From a virus (lineage: Duplodnaviria > Caudoviricetes), in IMG/VR virus record IMGVR_UViG_3300021560_000057, positions 1 through 30,037 of that record: a DNA stretch of 30,037 bases; one strand, given 5' to 3'. Below the pieces are notes generated by a model. It was given only the letters and a program-made list of their open reading frames with translations, ran no database searches and was not told the origin of the DNA. Below are positions 16,711-24,815 of this stretch, piece by piece (positions within the stretch are counted from its first letter, which is position 1; each line of letters starts with the position of its first letter). The position numbers and the translations under genes are program-made.

Positions 16711-17405
16711 GCGCTACGGCAGTTGTGAGCTTCGGTACAAACTGGATCATGCAACTCGATGAAAAGCCCGGTGTGCTTTTCTGGAGCTGTCCGTTGGCTG
16801 TCGACGCAGACGGGCACCCGGAAGCCTATCACCCGGGCGGTAGCCCGCCGGGCCTGGATTACCTGGGCAACGCCGGCAGCCCTGGCAACTGGTGGGGCAT
16901 AGCCTGCGATGCCAAAGGCAAACCATACATCCAGGGTGGCGATCACCCCGCGCCGGGTTTTTACGTGTCGACTACGGCCCTGCAAGATAACACGATCCAG
17001 AGTCATAACCCGGCCCGGTACGTCGACAGTGGCCGCATCCCGTTTATCGTGTTGCCCTCCAGCCCAAAGTTCAGCGACAAACAGACCCTGGGCGATCTGG
17101 CGATGTGTTTCAATACCCAGACCGGGAACCTCTCCTGGGCCATCTACGCCGATATTGGCCCGGCTAATGCGATCGGGGAAGGTTCCATGGAACTGTGTAC
17201 CTCTCTGGGTTTGTCCAACAGCCCTAAAAGTGGCGGCACCTCCAAAGAGATTATCGCCATGATTTTCTGGCCGGGATCAAAGATCGGTTGGCCCAGGCCG
17301 ACACCGGAGTTGTCCAAGAAGGCCCATGAGCTGTTCACCGATTGGGGCGGAATCGATTCCTGCCAGGAAGCGATGCCGCAATTTGACTGGAGCAAATTCC
17401 GATGA
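16707..17405 (+). CDS. Glycoside hydrolase family 75 (fungal chitosanase-like) protein, putative endolysin (232 aa)
   Basis: VDADG, YVD...IPFIVLP, LGDLA, AIYADIGP, GEGS and SGG...I.F.GS motifs of GH75; near membrane-protein genes; no signal peptide. Confidence 0.8.
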   Translation: MSATAVVSFGTNWIMQLDEKPGVLFWSCPLAVDADGHPEAYHPGGSPPGLDYLGNAGSPGNWWGIACDAKGKPYIQGGDHPAPGFYVSTTALQDNTIQSHNPARYVDSGRIPFIVLPSSPKFSDKQTLGDLAMCFNTQTGNLSWAIYADIGPANAIGEGSMELCTSLGLSNSPKSGGTSKEIIAMIFWPGSKIGWPRPTPELSKKAHELFTDWGGIDSCQEAMPQFDWSKFR

Positions 17406-18226
17406 GCTTAGGCTTGGTCTTACAGTTTCAGCCCGCGGAGCTGGAAGCTGTCTACGAACTAGCTACGCTCTTAGCTGATTGTGAAGAGGCCCCGCGCCGG
17501 ACCCAGGAATTTATCCTGTTCGGGCGCAAAGACGTACCGCCCGAAGAGATGGCCCGGATCCGGGGCGCGCTCCTAGGCAAATTCCCTAAGGCCATCGCAA
17601 TCGAACCCTGGGATTTCGCGACCGGCTGGCCGCACGGGCCCAACACGATGTGGTGCAGCCTAATGCGCCAGCTCTATGATCTGGCCCGCAACGGCCAGAC
17701 TAAAGCCAGCGGGTTTCTGACCTTCGAGCCCGACTGTATCCCGTGTGCCCGGGATTGGCTGAGTCGCTTAGAAACAGCCTGGGAACTGGCGTTACGGGAC
17801 GGGGTCGAAGTGCTGGGCCATATGCACCCCAATAAAGAGGCCCCGACCCATATCAACGGCAACGCCATTTTCGTGACCGATTTCTGGAAACGGCACGAGG
17901 AGGTTACCGGCTGCCACGGCATGATGAGCTGGGATACCGAATTCGCCCGTACGATCCTGCCTGTAGGCCGGGACACGCCCCTGATCAGCCAGTGGTACCG
18001 GATGCCGGACTTTAATTTGTATCAGTGGAAACAGATCATTAAATCGGGGTGCGTATTCTTTCACGGGGTGAAAACGCCCATGGGCCGGGCCATTGCGCGC
18101 CGGCAACTGTTAGGCACCCGGGTACGAGCCCGTATTGCGGTGCCTAAACCCAAACCGGCTAAAACCGCCAAACCGAAAGCCAAAACCCATGCCCGGATCC
18201 GGCCAACCGCGCACCGGCGCGGATAG
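17402..18226 (+). CDS. Putative GT-A-like glycosyltransferase (274 aa)
   Basis: GWPHGPN, FLTFEPDCIP (acidic ExD motif), HINGNAIF, WD, FHGVK; basic tail. Confidence 0.55.
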   Translation: MSLGLVLQFQPAELEAVYELATLLADCEEAPRRTQEFILFGRKDVPPEEMARIRGALLGKFPKAIAIEPWDFATGWPHGPNTMWCSLMRQLYDLARNGQTKASGFLTFEPDCIPCARDWLSRLETAWELALRDGVEVLGHMHPNKEAPTHINGNAIFVTDFWKRHEEVTGCHGMMSWDTEFARTILPVGRDTPLISQWYRMPDFNLYQWKQIIKSGCVFFHGVKTPMGRAIARRQLLGTRVRARIAVPKPKPAKTAKPKAKTHARIRPTAHRRG

Positions 18227-18392
18227 AGACGCGTATTTTAACCAAAGGATTGCCGAACTGGCCACCAAGGTCGGCTTGCACGATACCAATCTGTTGACCA
18301 GCCAAACTCAGATCCAATTTCTCTTGGACCAGTTGACCATCACCCAGAACCGGCTGGCGCAATTGGAAGCGGCACAAAAAAGTTCGACTTAG
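18189..18392 (+). CDS. Small coiled-coil protein (~67 aa)
   Basis: ATG 18189 in frame with track ORF 18135; heptad pattern QIQFLLDQLTITQNRLAQLE. Confidence 0.55.
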   Translation: MPGSGQPRTGADRDAYFNQRIAELATKVGLHDTNLLTSQTQIQFLLDQLTITQNRLAQLEAAQKSST

Positions 18393-18470
18393 TGCTTGTT
18401 GGCAAATCGTCTACGACCCAAGGATTGCTCTGATTTTGTTGCCCATCTCAGATTTCCCGGTTCACCGCGA

Positions 18471-18498
18471 TTGACAAAATATTTCATTGTTGTTTAAT
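18471..18498 (+). promoter_or_regulatory. Sigma70-type promoter upstream of capsid gene
   Basis: TTGACA (18471-76), 16-bp AT-rich spacer, TTTAAT (18493-98). Confidence 0.65.
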
Positions 18499-18503
18499 TT
18501 GAT

Positions 18504-18663
18504 GCCGCAGTCTTCCCGTGAGGTTTCGTCTGCTATATTCTGATAGCCTCTCCGCCCGTCGCCGGGGCGTGTTGTTCGGGTGTACAACCAATTGGTCCGG
18601 GAAATTCATTTCCCGATACTAGCCAATCAATCCGAAGAACGCAGTAAAGAAGAGGAGAGCAAT
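18504..18663 (+). ncRNA. Candidate structured 5' leader RNA of the capsid gene
   Basis: Nested helices 18569-80/18631-42, 18591-96/18622-27, 18598-604/18609-15, plus hairpins 18532-47 and 18553-69; AGGAG RBS 18653-57. Confidence 0.5.
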
Positions 18664-19896
18664 ATGGGAGATTGTCTGGTTACACCTCGGCAAGCCCAAG
18701 ACTTTGGAAATAAAGATATAAGTAGGATCACTGGGAATGTGCTCCGCTTACTTGTTCGCCGCAGTCCGTATATCGATATTTTGGACGGCGGCGTGTTCCC
18801 GAACGGCGTTTCGGTCGATCAGCGCGCCATCATCATGGAGCGCCCGGTCATGAATATCAGTCTGGTCCAGCCCCAGTTTACCGATGACATTTTCATGTGC
18901 GGTAACACCGGTACCGCGGCCCAGGTGGGCTCGACGGAGTACACCACGCGGCTGCAAAGCTTGCGCGGGGTGGGCCCGAAATTGTGCGTCAAACAGATGC
19001 GGGAAGCGTTCCAGGAGGCTTATATCGCCACCCAGGATGCGCTCCAGAAACAAATCCTCTACGTCATGAATTGTGACGTGCGCTCTACCTTGATGTTAAG
19101 GTCCGGCACCAAATGTAATATTAGTTCCACGCAACCTTTTGAGAACATGGTCACCGGGGACGCCCAGCGGATTGATACCGTGTTCCGCGATTACTGGTAC
19201 CCGGACAGCCCGCTTAGCTTTAAGCTATTAAAGTACGCCGCTAACTGGATGCATGAAGATTTGCTCTGTGAACCCTTTGATAGTGATAAAGGGGTCGTGG
19301 CCAAATATATAGGTAGTCTCCAATCGATCGAACTAATGCGCGACGAGTTAGGTGTGCACCAGGACTTGCAATACCTAACAACTGGCCGGTATACCATTGG
19401 TGAAGAGGGTGTAAGCTCATACGCCTGGGAAGGACCCTATAGAGGATTAGCATTCGGCATAGATCAGCAGCCTTTGCGGTTTAACACCTGGGGTCCGAAC
19501 CTGTTGCCGCAGTTTATCGAGCCGGAGATCAGCGTCCCGGTGACGATCGGCGTCGGGGCCCGGTCTAACCCGGCTTACCGGAGCGCTCTTTACGAAGTGG
19601 GCTTCCTGATTTTTGCGAACAGTTTCATGCGGCAGGTGCCCGATTCCTATACTGGGGTTGGTGATATGCAGTTCCCTACAAAATATGCGCAAGGGGAGTT
19701 GGAATTTTTGGTCCTCAGGGATAACGACTGCAACACCTGGGCCGATTATGGCTACCATATATATGAAGTGACAAGAGCCTACCGGCCCCAGCGCCCGCAT
19801 GCGATCATGCCGATCTGCTACAAACGGTGCGCGACTAACTTTAACCTGCAACCGTGCACTGGTTATACGCCGTACAGCGTGACGGATAGTCTATAA
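18664..19896 (+). CDS. Probable major capsid protein (410 aa)
   Basis: ATG 18664 with AGGAG 6 nt upstream (track start 18580 is likely too long); own promoter; downstream hairpin; size and C-terminal beta pattern (Y..TRAYRP.RPHAI.PI.YKR) fit an HK97-fold capsid. Confidence 0.8.
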   Translation: MGDCLVTPRQAQDFGNKDISRITGNVLRLLVRRSPYIDILDGGVFPNGVSVDQRAIIMERPVMNISLVQPQFTDDIFMCGNTGTAAQVGSTEYTTRLQSLRGVGPKLCVKQMREAFQEAYIATQDALQKQILYVMNCDVRSTLMLRSGTKCNISSTQPFENMVTGDAQRIDTVFRDYWYPDSPLSFKLLKYAANWMHEDLLCEPFDSDKGVVAKYIGSLQSIELMRDELGVHQDLQYLTTGRYTIGEEGVSSYAWEGPYRGLAFGIDQQPLRFNTWGPNLLPQFIEPEISVPVTIGVGARSNPAYRSALYEVGFLIFANSFMRQVPDSYTGVGDMQFPTKYAQGELEFLVLRDNDCNTWADYGYHIYEVTRAYRPQRPHAIMPICYKRCATNFNLQPCTGYTPYSVTDSL

Positions 19897-19924
19897 GTTT
19901 GTTCGGGGGAATAGAAAAAGCGCC

Positions 19925-19958
19925 CTGCGCCGCTTCCCTGGTCACGGAAGCGGCGCAG
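19925..19958. terminator. Perfect 13-bp hairpin after capsid gene
   Basis: CTGCGCCGCTTCC-8 nt-GGAAGCGGCGCAG; no U-tract on + strand, A-run on the 5' side. Confidence 0.6.
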
Positions 19959-19981
19959 CGGCCTCGGAGTGCAGGCCAACT

Positions 19982-20395
19982 ATGCAACAGGCGGATAACC
20001 CGGCTAACCCCTATATTGACCCCTTTGCGGTCACTGAAACCATTCGCCAGGGCGATACCCTGCTTTACCTGCTTAACTTTGCCGATGGAGCCGGGCCCAT
20101 CGACATTACCGGCTACCAGTTCGTGTTCACAGTCAAACGCCAGCGAACCGATCCGGACAGCGCCGCGTTAAGCCAAAGTTTCCTGACCGCTATCCCGGGC
20201 ACCCAGAGCCAGGGCGGTCTCTTGGCCTTTGAAGCCATTACCACGGCGCAATCCAGCTTGATCCCGCCTGAACAACGTTACGTTTTTGATCTGCGTTATA
20301 TGACGACGGCGCATCAGGTTGGCACCCTGGCCGAAGGCGAGCTCAACGTGCGCCAGCCGATCAGCCAAAATTTGCTGCCGCCTTTAGCGACTTAA
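19982..20395 (+). CDS. Ig-like (BppU N-terminal-like) fibre adaptor / structural protein (137 aa)
   Basis: IRQGDT..DITGYQFVFTVK..YVFDL..V.TL.EG.L.V pattern; directly precedes a fibre gene. Confidence 0.65.
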   Translation: MQQADNPANPYIDPFAVTETIRQGDTLLYLLNFADGAGPIDITGYQFVFTVKRQRTDPDSAALSQSFLTAIPGTQSQGGLLAFEAITTAQSSLIPPEQRYVFDLRYMTTAHQVGTLAEGELNVRQPISQNLLPPLAT

Positions 20396-20404
20396 GAGAT
20401 TTTT

Positions 20405-23400
20405 ATGCCAAACGGACTACCACAATCTGGTGCGCCACCCAGCCCCACCGAACGCATTGTGCGGGTGATTAACGTGGGCCAGATCGCCCGGGGTTTACCG
20501 GTGGTCTTTAACGCGCTCCCCGGGATTGTGGGCACACCCGGGCCGCAAGGTCCCCCGGGTGATCCGGCTTATACGACCACCGCTAATACCTTTGTGGTAC
20601 CCGCGGTCAACTCAACCGTGACGGTTACGGTCGGCAACACCGACTGGATGGTGCCCGGTCAGAGCCTCTTTATCCATGGGGCCGGCTATTACACGGTCAG
20701 TTCACTCTTTGATGCGACCCACGTTATTGTGATTAATCCGGGTAGCCCCGGCAACGCGATCTCTGGTACGGTGATTGCCGCGAACAGCGGCATCTCGCCT
20801 GCCGGCAGCCAGGGCGCGACCGGACCCACGGGCTCGACCGGACCCCAGGGGCCGATCGGGCCAGCAGGGCCGCAAGGGACCGGCATTACCTGGATGGGTT
20901 CCTGGAGCGCGGCGACCGCTTACAGCGTTAATCAGGCGGTTACCTACGGTGGCAGCTCTTATGTGGCCGTGGCCGCTTCTACCGGAGTCGTGCCCGGCAC
21001 CGACGCGACCAAATGGCAGGTGTTCGCTGCTCAGGGGGCAACCGGGGCGACCGGTTCGACGGGCGCGACCGGGCCTGCCGGCCCGGCGGGCGCTGCGGGT
21101 ACACCCGGCCCGGCCTCGACCAGCAACACCACGGCTAATTTCAGTCAGCCGGCAGTTAACGGCACGGTCACGGTGACCATGGGTAACACCACCTGGATGC
21201 CACAGGGATCTATTGTCTACATTGTCGGAGGCGGTTATTACGAGGTGCAGCAGGTCTTAAACTCGACTCAAGCCATCCTGCTTAATACCGGCTATACCGG
21301 TAACGCCGCCCAGGGCACCGTGGTTAATACCGGTAGTCTGGTCAGTGCCGGCGGCGTCGCCGGCGCCAGCGGCGCCGCGGGTGCCACCGGGCCGGTCGGG
21401 CCCGCCGGACCCAATGGCACCGCCGGCGTTAACGCGTACTCGGTTTTACAAGCCGCTTTTGCGATGCCGCAGATCCAGGCGGCCACCAATATCCAGGTCG
21501 ATCAAAGCACCTGGATGAGCGCTAACCTGATCGTTTTTATCCCGAGCGCAGGTTATTTCCAGATCACCACGGTCATCAGCCCGACTGCCGTCACCATCCT
21601 GAACTTGGGTTATACCGGCAACGCCAGCCCCGGCACCACGATCGCCAGTGGCTCTTATGTGTACCCGGCAGGCGCACCCCAGGTGTTAAACCGGGAATAT
21701 TACGCCACCGATTTCGAGAACGGCTGGGGCGACTGGGCCATAAACGCTAACGGCGCTAACACGGGCAGCGACCAGACTCAGCCGGTGGCAAGCGTTGACG
21801 GGGCGAACGCGTTGGGTGTAGCCCGGATTTATGCCTTGACCGGCGGCACTTCGATCGTAGCCAGCCTGGGCGCATTTATGACGACGCCCGGGCAAGGTAA
21901 CCCGGGTGGGCCGATCCTCCTCACTGGCAACAACCGGTTCTATTTCCATACCCGGCTAGCGTTAACTAACCTTTCCAATGTCAGCGACCGGTTCATTATC
22001 ATGCTGGGCCTGGGCGATAACCCGGGGGCAGGGTACGTCTCGAGCCAGAACGCGATCTTTTTCTATTATACCGATAACACCCTGGGCGGCAGCTGGGGTT
22101 GTTATTCCCGGGTCAGCAACACCCAGTACGGCAGCATCAATTCGGGCGTGGCGTTGGCCGCGCAAAAAAGTTTTGATTTAGCCTGCACGATCGATAACGC
22201 GTTTGCCACTTTCTCGATCGGTCAAGGCGGGGCCGCTCCGGTCCAGGTGGGCCAGATCCCGATCTCGCAACTACCTTTAAACGTGGCCCTGACCCCGTTT
22301 ATGACGGTCTACAAGACCGCAGGCTCAGGCGGCTACGGCATTATCCGGGCAGACAGCTACGAACAGGAGATGCTCTTTAGCGGGGCCGCTTTCAAGTTCC
22401 GGCAACCCGCGATGATCGGGCCACCCGGCCAGAACGCTTACACGGGCACCACCGCGGCTTTTACGACCCCGGCAGTCGGGTCCAACGTGACCGTCACGGT
22501 GCAGAGCTCGCTCTGGATCGCACCGGGCCAGACCGTCTATATCCAGGGCGCGGGCGCCTATCAGGTCATGAGCGTGCCCAACGCTCAGCAGATCAGTGTC
22601 CAGAACCTGGGTTCGACCGGGAACGTGGCCCAGAACACGGTGATTAACGCCGGCAGTCTGGTCAGCGCTTCGGGCGTAGCCGGGCCCCAGGGCGTGATCG
22701 GGCCACAAGGTGCCACCGGGCCCCAGGGAGCCCCGGGCGCAGCGGCCTACACCACCACCACGAACACATTTAACCAACCGTCGATCGGTGCCCTGGCTAA
22801 TGTGCCGGTCGGCAACGCGCTCTGGATGACCCCGGGTCAGGTGATCTATATCGCCGGCGGCGGTTATTACACCGTTAGCAGTGTCCCCAACCAGCAGAAT
22901 GTTAGTGTTACTAACTTAGGTTATGCCGGCAACGTGGCACCCGGCACGGTCGTGAACGTTAACGAACCGATCAGCCCGGGCGGTATTCAAGGTTCTACCG
23001 GCGGCCCGATCCCGACCGGGACAGTCCTGGATTTTGCGGGCCCGAGCGCGCCGGTAGGGTTTTTGATGTGTGACGGCAGCGCGGTCAGCCGGGCTACCTA
23101 TGGCGCTTTGTACACGGCCCTGGGCGGCGCGAACTCGCCCTGGGGTCAGGGTGACGGTTCGATCACGTTTAATCTGCCGGATCTGCGCTCGCGCGTCAGT
23201 ATCGGTGCCGGCCAGGGTAGCGGGTTAACCAACCGGGCGCTGGCGGCAGTGGGCGGGGTCGAAACCGTGACCTTGCTCCTGTCCCAGATCCCGAGCCACA
23301 CACATCCTTACACCTGGACTGATAACGGCCACAACCACCAGTTTAACGATCCATCGCATCGGCACCAGTACACGTGGCCTTACGGATCTGGCACGCAATG

Positions 23401-23575
23401 GCAGGCGGGCTCAGGCTGGGGTTTTCAAGCGGACAATACCACTTACAGCGCTACCGGGGGTTACAACAGCCCCAGCGGATCCGGGATCAGTTTTTCGCTG
23501 GGTAACTCCGGTGGCGGCGGCGGCCACGAAAATATGCCGCCTTTTGTCGCGCTCAATAAAATCGTAAAAACTTAA
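20405..23575 (+). CDS. Fibre protein with collagen linkers, five ~83-aa beta modules, lectin-like insert and C-terminal tail-collar domain (1056 aa)
   Basis: Five F..P....V...W...G..I.G.G.Y.V...N.G..GN...G repeats; IPTGTVLDFAGPSAPVGFLMCDGSAVSR collar; HTH/HNH/HRH motifs; end HENMPPFVALNKIVKT. Confidence 0.92.
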   Translation: MPNGLPQSGAPPSPTERIVRVINVGQIARGLPVVFNALPGIVGTPGPQGPPGDPAYTTTANTFVVPAVNSTVTVTVGNTDWMVPGQSLFIHGAGYYTVSSLFDATHVIVINPGSPGNAISGTVIAANSGISPAGSQGATGPTGSTGPQGPIGPAGPQGTGITWMGSWSAATAYSVNQAVTYGGSSYVAVAASTGVVPGTDATKWQVFAAQGATGATGSTGATGPAGPAGAAGTPGPASTSNTTANFSQPAVNGTVTVTMGNTTWMPQGSIVYIVGGGYYEVQQVLNSTQAILLNTGYTGNAAQGTVVNTGSLVSAGGVAGASGAAGATGPVGPAGPNGTAGVNAYSVLQAAFAMPQIQAATNIQVDQSTWMSANLIVFIPSAGYFQITTVISPTAVTILNLGYTGNASPGTTIASGSYVYPAGAPQVLNREYYATDFENGWGDWAINANGANTGSDQTQPVASVDGANALGVARIYALTGGTSIVASLGAFMTTPGQGNPGGPILLTGNNRFYFHTRLALTNLSNVSDRFIIMLGLGDNPGAGYVSSQNAIFFYYTDNTLGGSWGCYSRVSNTQYGSINSGVALAAQKSFDLACTIDNAFATFSIGQGGAAPVQVGQIPISQLPLNVALTPFMTVYKTAGSGGYGIIRADSYEQEMLFSGAAFKFRQPAMIGPPGQNAYTGTTAAFTTPAVGSNVTVTVQSSLWIAPGQTVYIQGAGAYQVMSVPNAQQISVQNLGSTGNVAQNTVINAGSLVSASGVAGPQGVIGPQGATGPQGAPGAAAYTTTTNTFNQPSIGALANVPVGNALWMTPGQVIYIAGGGYYTVSSVPNQQNVSVTNLGYAGNVAPGTVVNVNEPISPGGIQGSTGGPIPTGTVLDFAGPSAPVGFLMCDGSAVSRATYGALYTALGGANSPWGQGDGSITFNLPDLRSRVSIGAGQGSGLTNRALAAVGGVETVTLLLSQIPSHTHPYTWTDNGHNHQFNDPSHRHQYTWPYGSGTQWQAGSGWGFQADNTTYSATGGYNSPSGSGISFSLGNSGGGGGHENMPPFVALNKIVKT

Positions 23576-23580
23576 GGTCT

Positions 23581-23817
23581 ATGGCTTCACTTTTAGTTTT
23601 TGTACAGAGCGAGAACAATCCTAACGCGCTGGCGGCGCAGCCCAGCGAACGTACCCGATACTGGATTCACGATAACGGCAACAACACGTTCACCGCCGGC
23701 GTATCGGTGTTGAGCGGTGCCGTCACCCGAAGCATCCCATTAGGCGAAGAATATTCGAGCTTGGAGGCAGCCAAGAGTGGTGCGCAGAATGACTGGAATT
23801 TAGGGACTAGACCCTAA
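23581..23817 (+). CDS. Hypothetical protein (78 aa), possible fibre chaperone
   Basis: TAAGG upstream; directly follows the fibre gene. Confidence 0.6.
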   Translation: MASLLVFVQSENNPNALAAQPSERTRYWIHDNGNNTFTAGVSVLSGAVTRSIPLGEEYSSLEAAKSGAQNDWNLGTRP

Positions 23818-23843
23818 GCGCTTGGAAGAAAGGAAAAATTATT

Positions 23844-24056
23844 ATGCCCGGAAAACCAAAGGGGACCGTCAAAGGCAAACGTACCACCCCGGCCCAGCAA
23901 AAATTGATGGGCGTCGCGCGCGCCATGCAAAAAGGCGAGGTGCCCCGCAGCTACAGCAAAGAAGCCAGTAAAATCGCCAGTACGATCGCGCCCGCCGATT
24001 TACACAACATCGCGAAAAAGCCTAAGGGCGGCTTTAGAAAGAAAGGTAAAAAATGA
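23844..24056 (+). CDS. Small basic protein, DUF3008-like (70 aa)
   Basis: AAGGA RBS; AQQKLMGVARAMQKGE..S..A..IA......DL...A resembles DUF3008. Confidence 0.6.
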   Translation: MPGKPKGTVKGKRTTPAQQKLMGVARAMQKGEVPRSYSKEASKIASTIAPADLHNIAKKPKGGFRKKGKK

Positions 24057-24247
24057 GCGCCACCGATCCGTATATTCCGCCGGTTAAAAAAAGGGGCGGC
24101 ACCAGCAGCACGATCAAAACCAGTACCACGACCGGTGCTTTTTCCAAGGTGACCGTAACCGGGCCGCCTAAAAAGATCGGGGCGATGTCACGCGACCGGA
24201 GCTGGGATCCGTTAAACCCTGCACAAAAGGAAAAACAGAACTGCTAA
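24053..24247 (+). CDS. Small basic hypothetical protein (64 aa)
   Basis: ATGA-coupled; AAGG upstream. Confidence 0.6.
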   Translation: MSATDPYIPPVKKRGGTSSTIKTSTTTGAFSKVTVTGPPKKIGAMSRDRSWDPLNPAQKEKQNC

Positions 24248-24252
24248 ACGTT

Positions 24253-24813
24253 ATGGCTAAGAAAATCAATTTAGGTACGCCGCCCCCGCCGGAGCTCAGT
24301 CAAGCCGCCGGGCCGCCTCCGCCGAGCCCGGGCCCGAGCCCGAGTGGCGGCGGTGGCAGCGATAGCGGCCTGGGTGCCGCCGAAGATCTGGGCGCAGCCC
24401 AGGGAGCTAATCTGGATTACCCGGAACTACACGTGAGCGGGCTGGATCCAGAAAGCGGGATTGGGGATCTGCCGGATGAAGGCGATGCCCATATGCATTA
24501 CAAGGTGATCGATCGGGGTAAACGCACCGAGAAACACGGACCGCATAAAGGCAAAGAACGACATCACGTCTCGATGGAGATCCATCATATGACGCCCTTA
24601 GGAGGCGCGTCGAAGACCGGCTCGGCGCAGGGCGATAGCGATAACGAAGCGCGTACTGCGGCCAAAAACTTCTTTGAAAGCGAAGACCAAGGCAGCCCCG
24701 AAGAAGAACCCGGGATTGAGACCGAGCCGCAACCTCAAGGGCGCTCCGGGCCGCCGGAACCGGCCAAGAAAAAGAAAAAGCCATCTGAAACCATGAGCCA
24801 GATTCCAGGTTAA
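24253..24813 (+). CDS. Largely disordered protein with small central beta domain (186 aa)
   Basis: Pro/Gly and acidic tails around YPELHV..LPDEG.A.MHYKV..VSMEIHHM. Confidence 0.7.
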   Translation: MAKKINLGTPPPPELSQAAGPPPPSPGPSPSGGGGSDSGLGAAEDLGAAQGANLDYPELHVSGLDPESGIGDLPDEGDAHMHYKVIDRGKRTEKHGPHKGKERHHVSMEIHHMTPLGGASKTGSAQGDSDNEARTAAKNFFESEDQGSPEEEPGIETEPQPQGRSGPPEPAKKKKKPSETMSQIPG

Positions 24814-24815
24814 AA

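Noticed and set aside
18580-18663. 28-aa N-terminal extension of the capsid protein from GTG 18580
   Set aside because: No RBS and buried in predicted structure; ATG 18664 has a good AGGAG.
19191-19453. Two minus-strand ORFs as the cause of the capsid rare-codon patch
   Set aside because: Peptides lack recognisable features, and base-pairing explains the patch better; not fully excluded.
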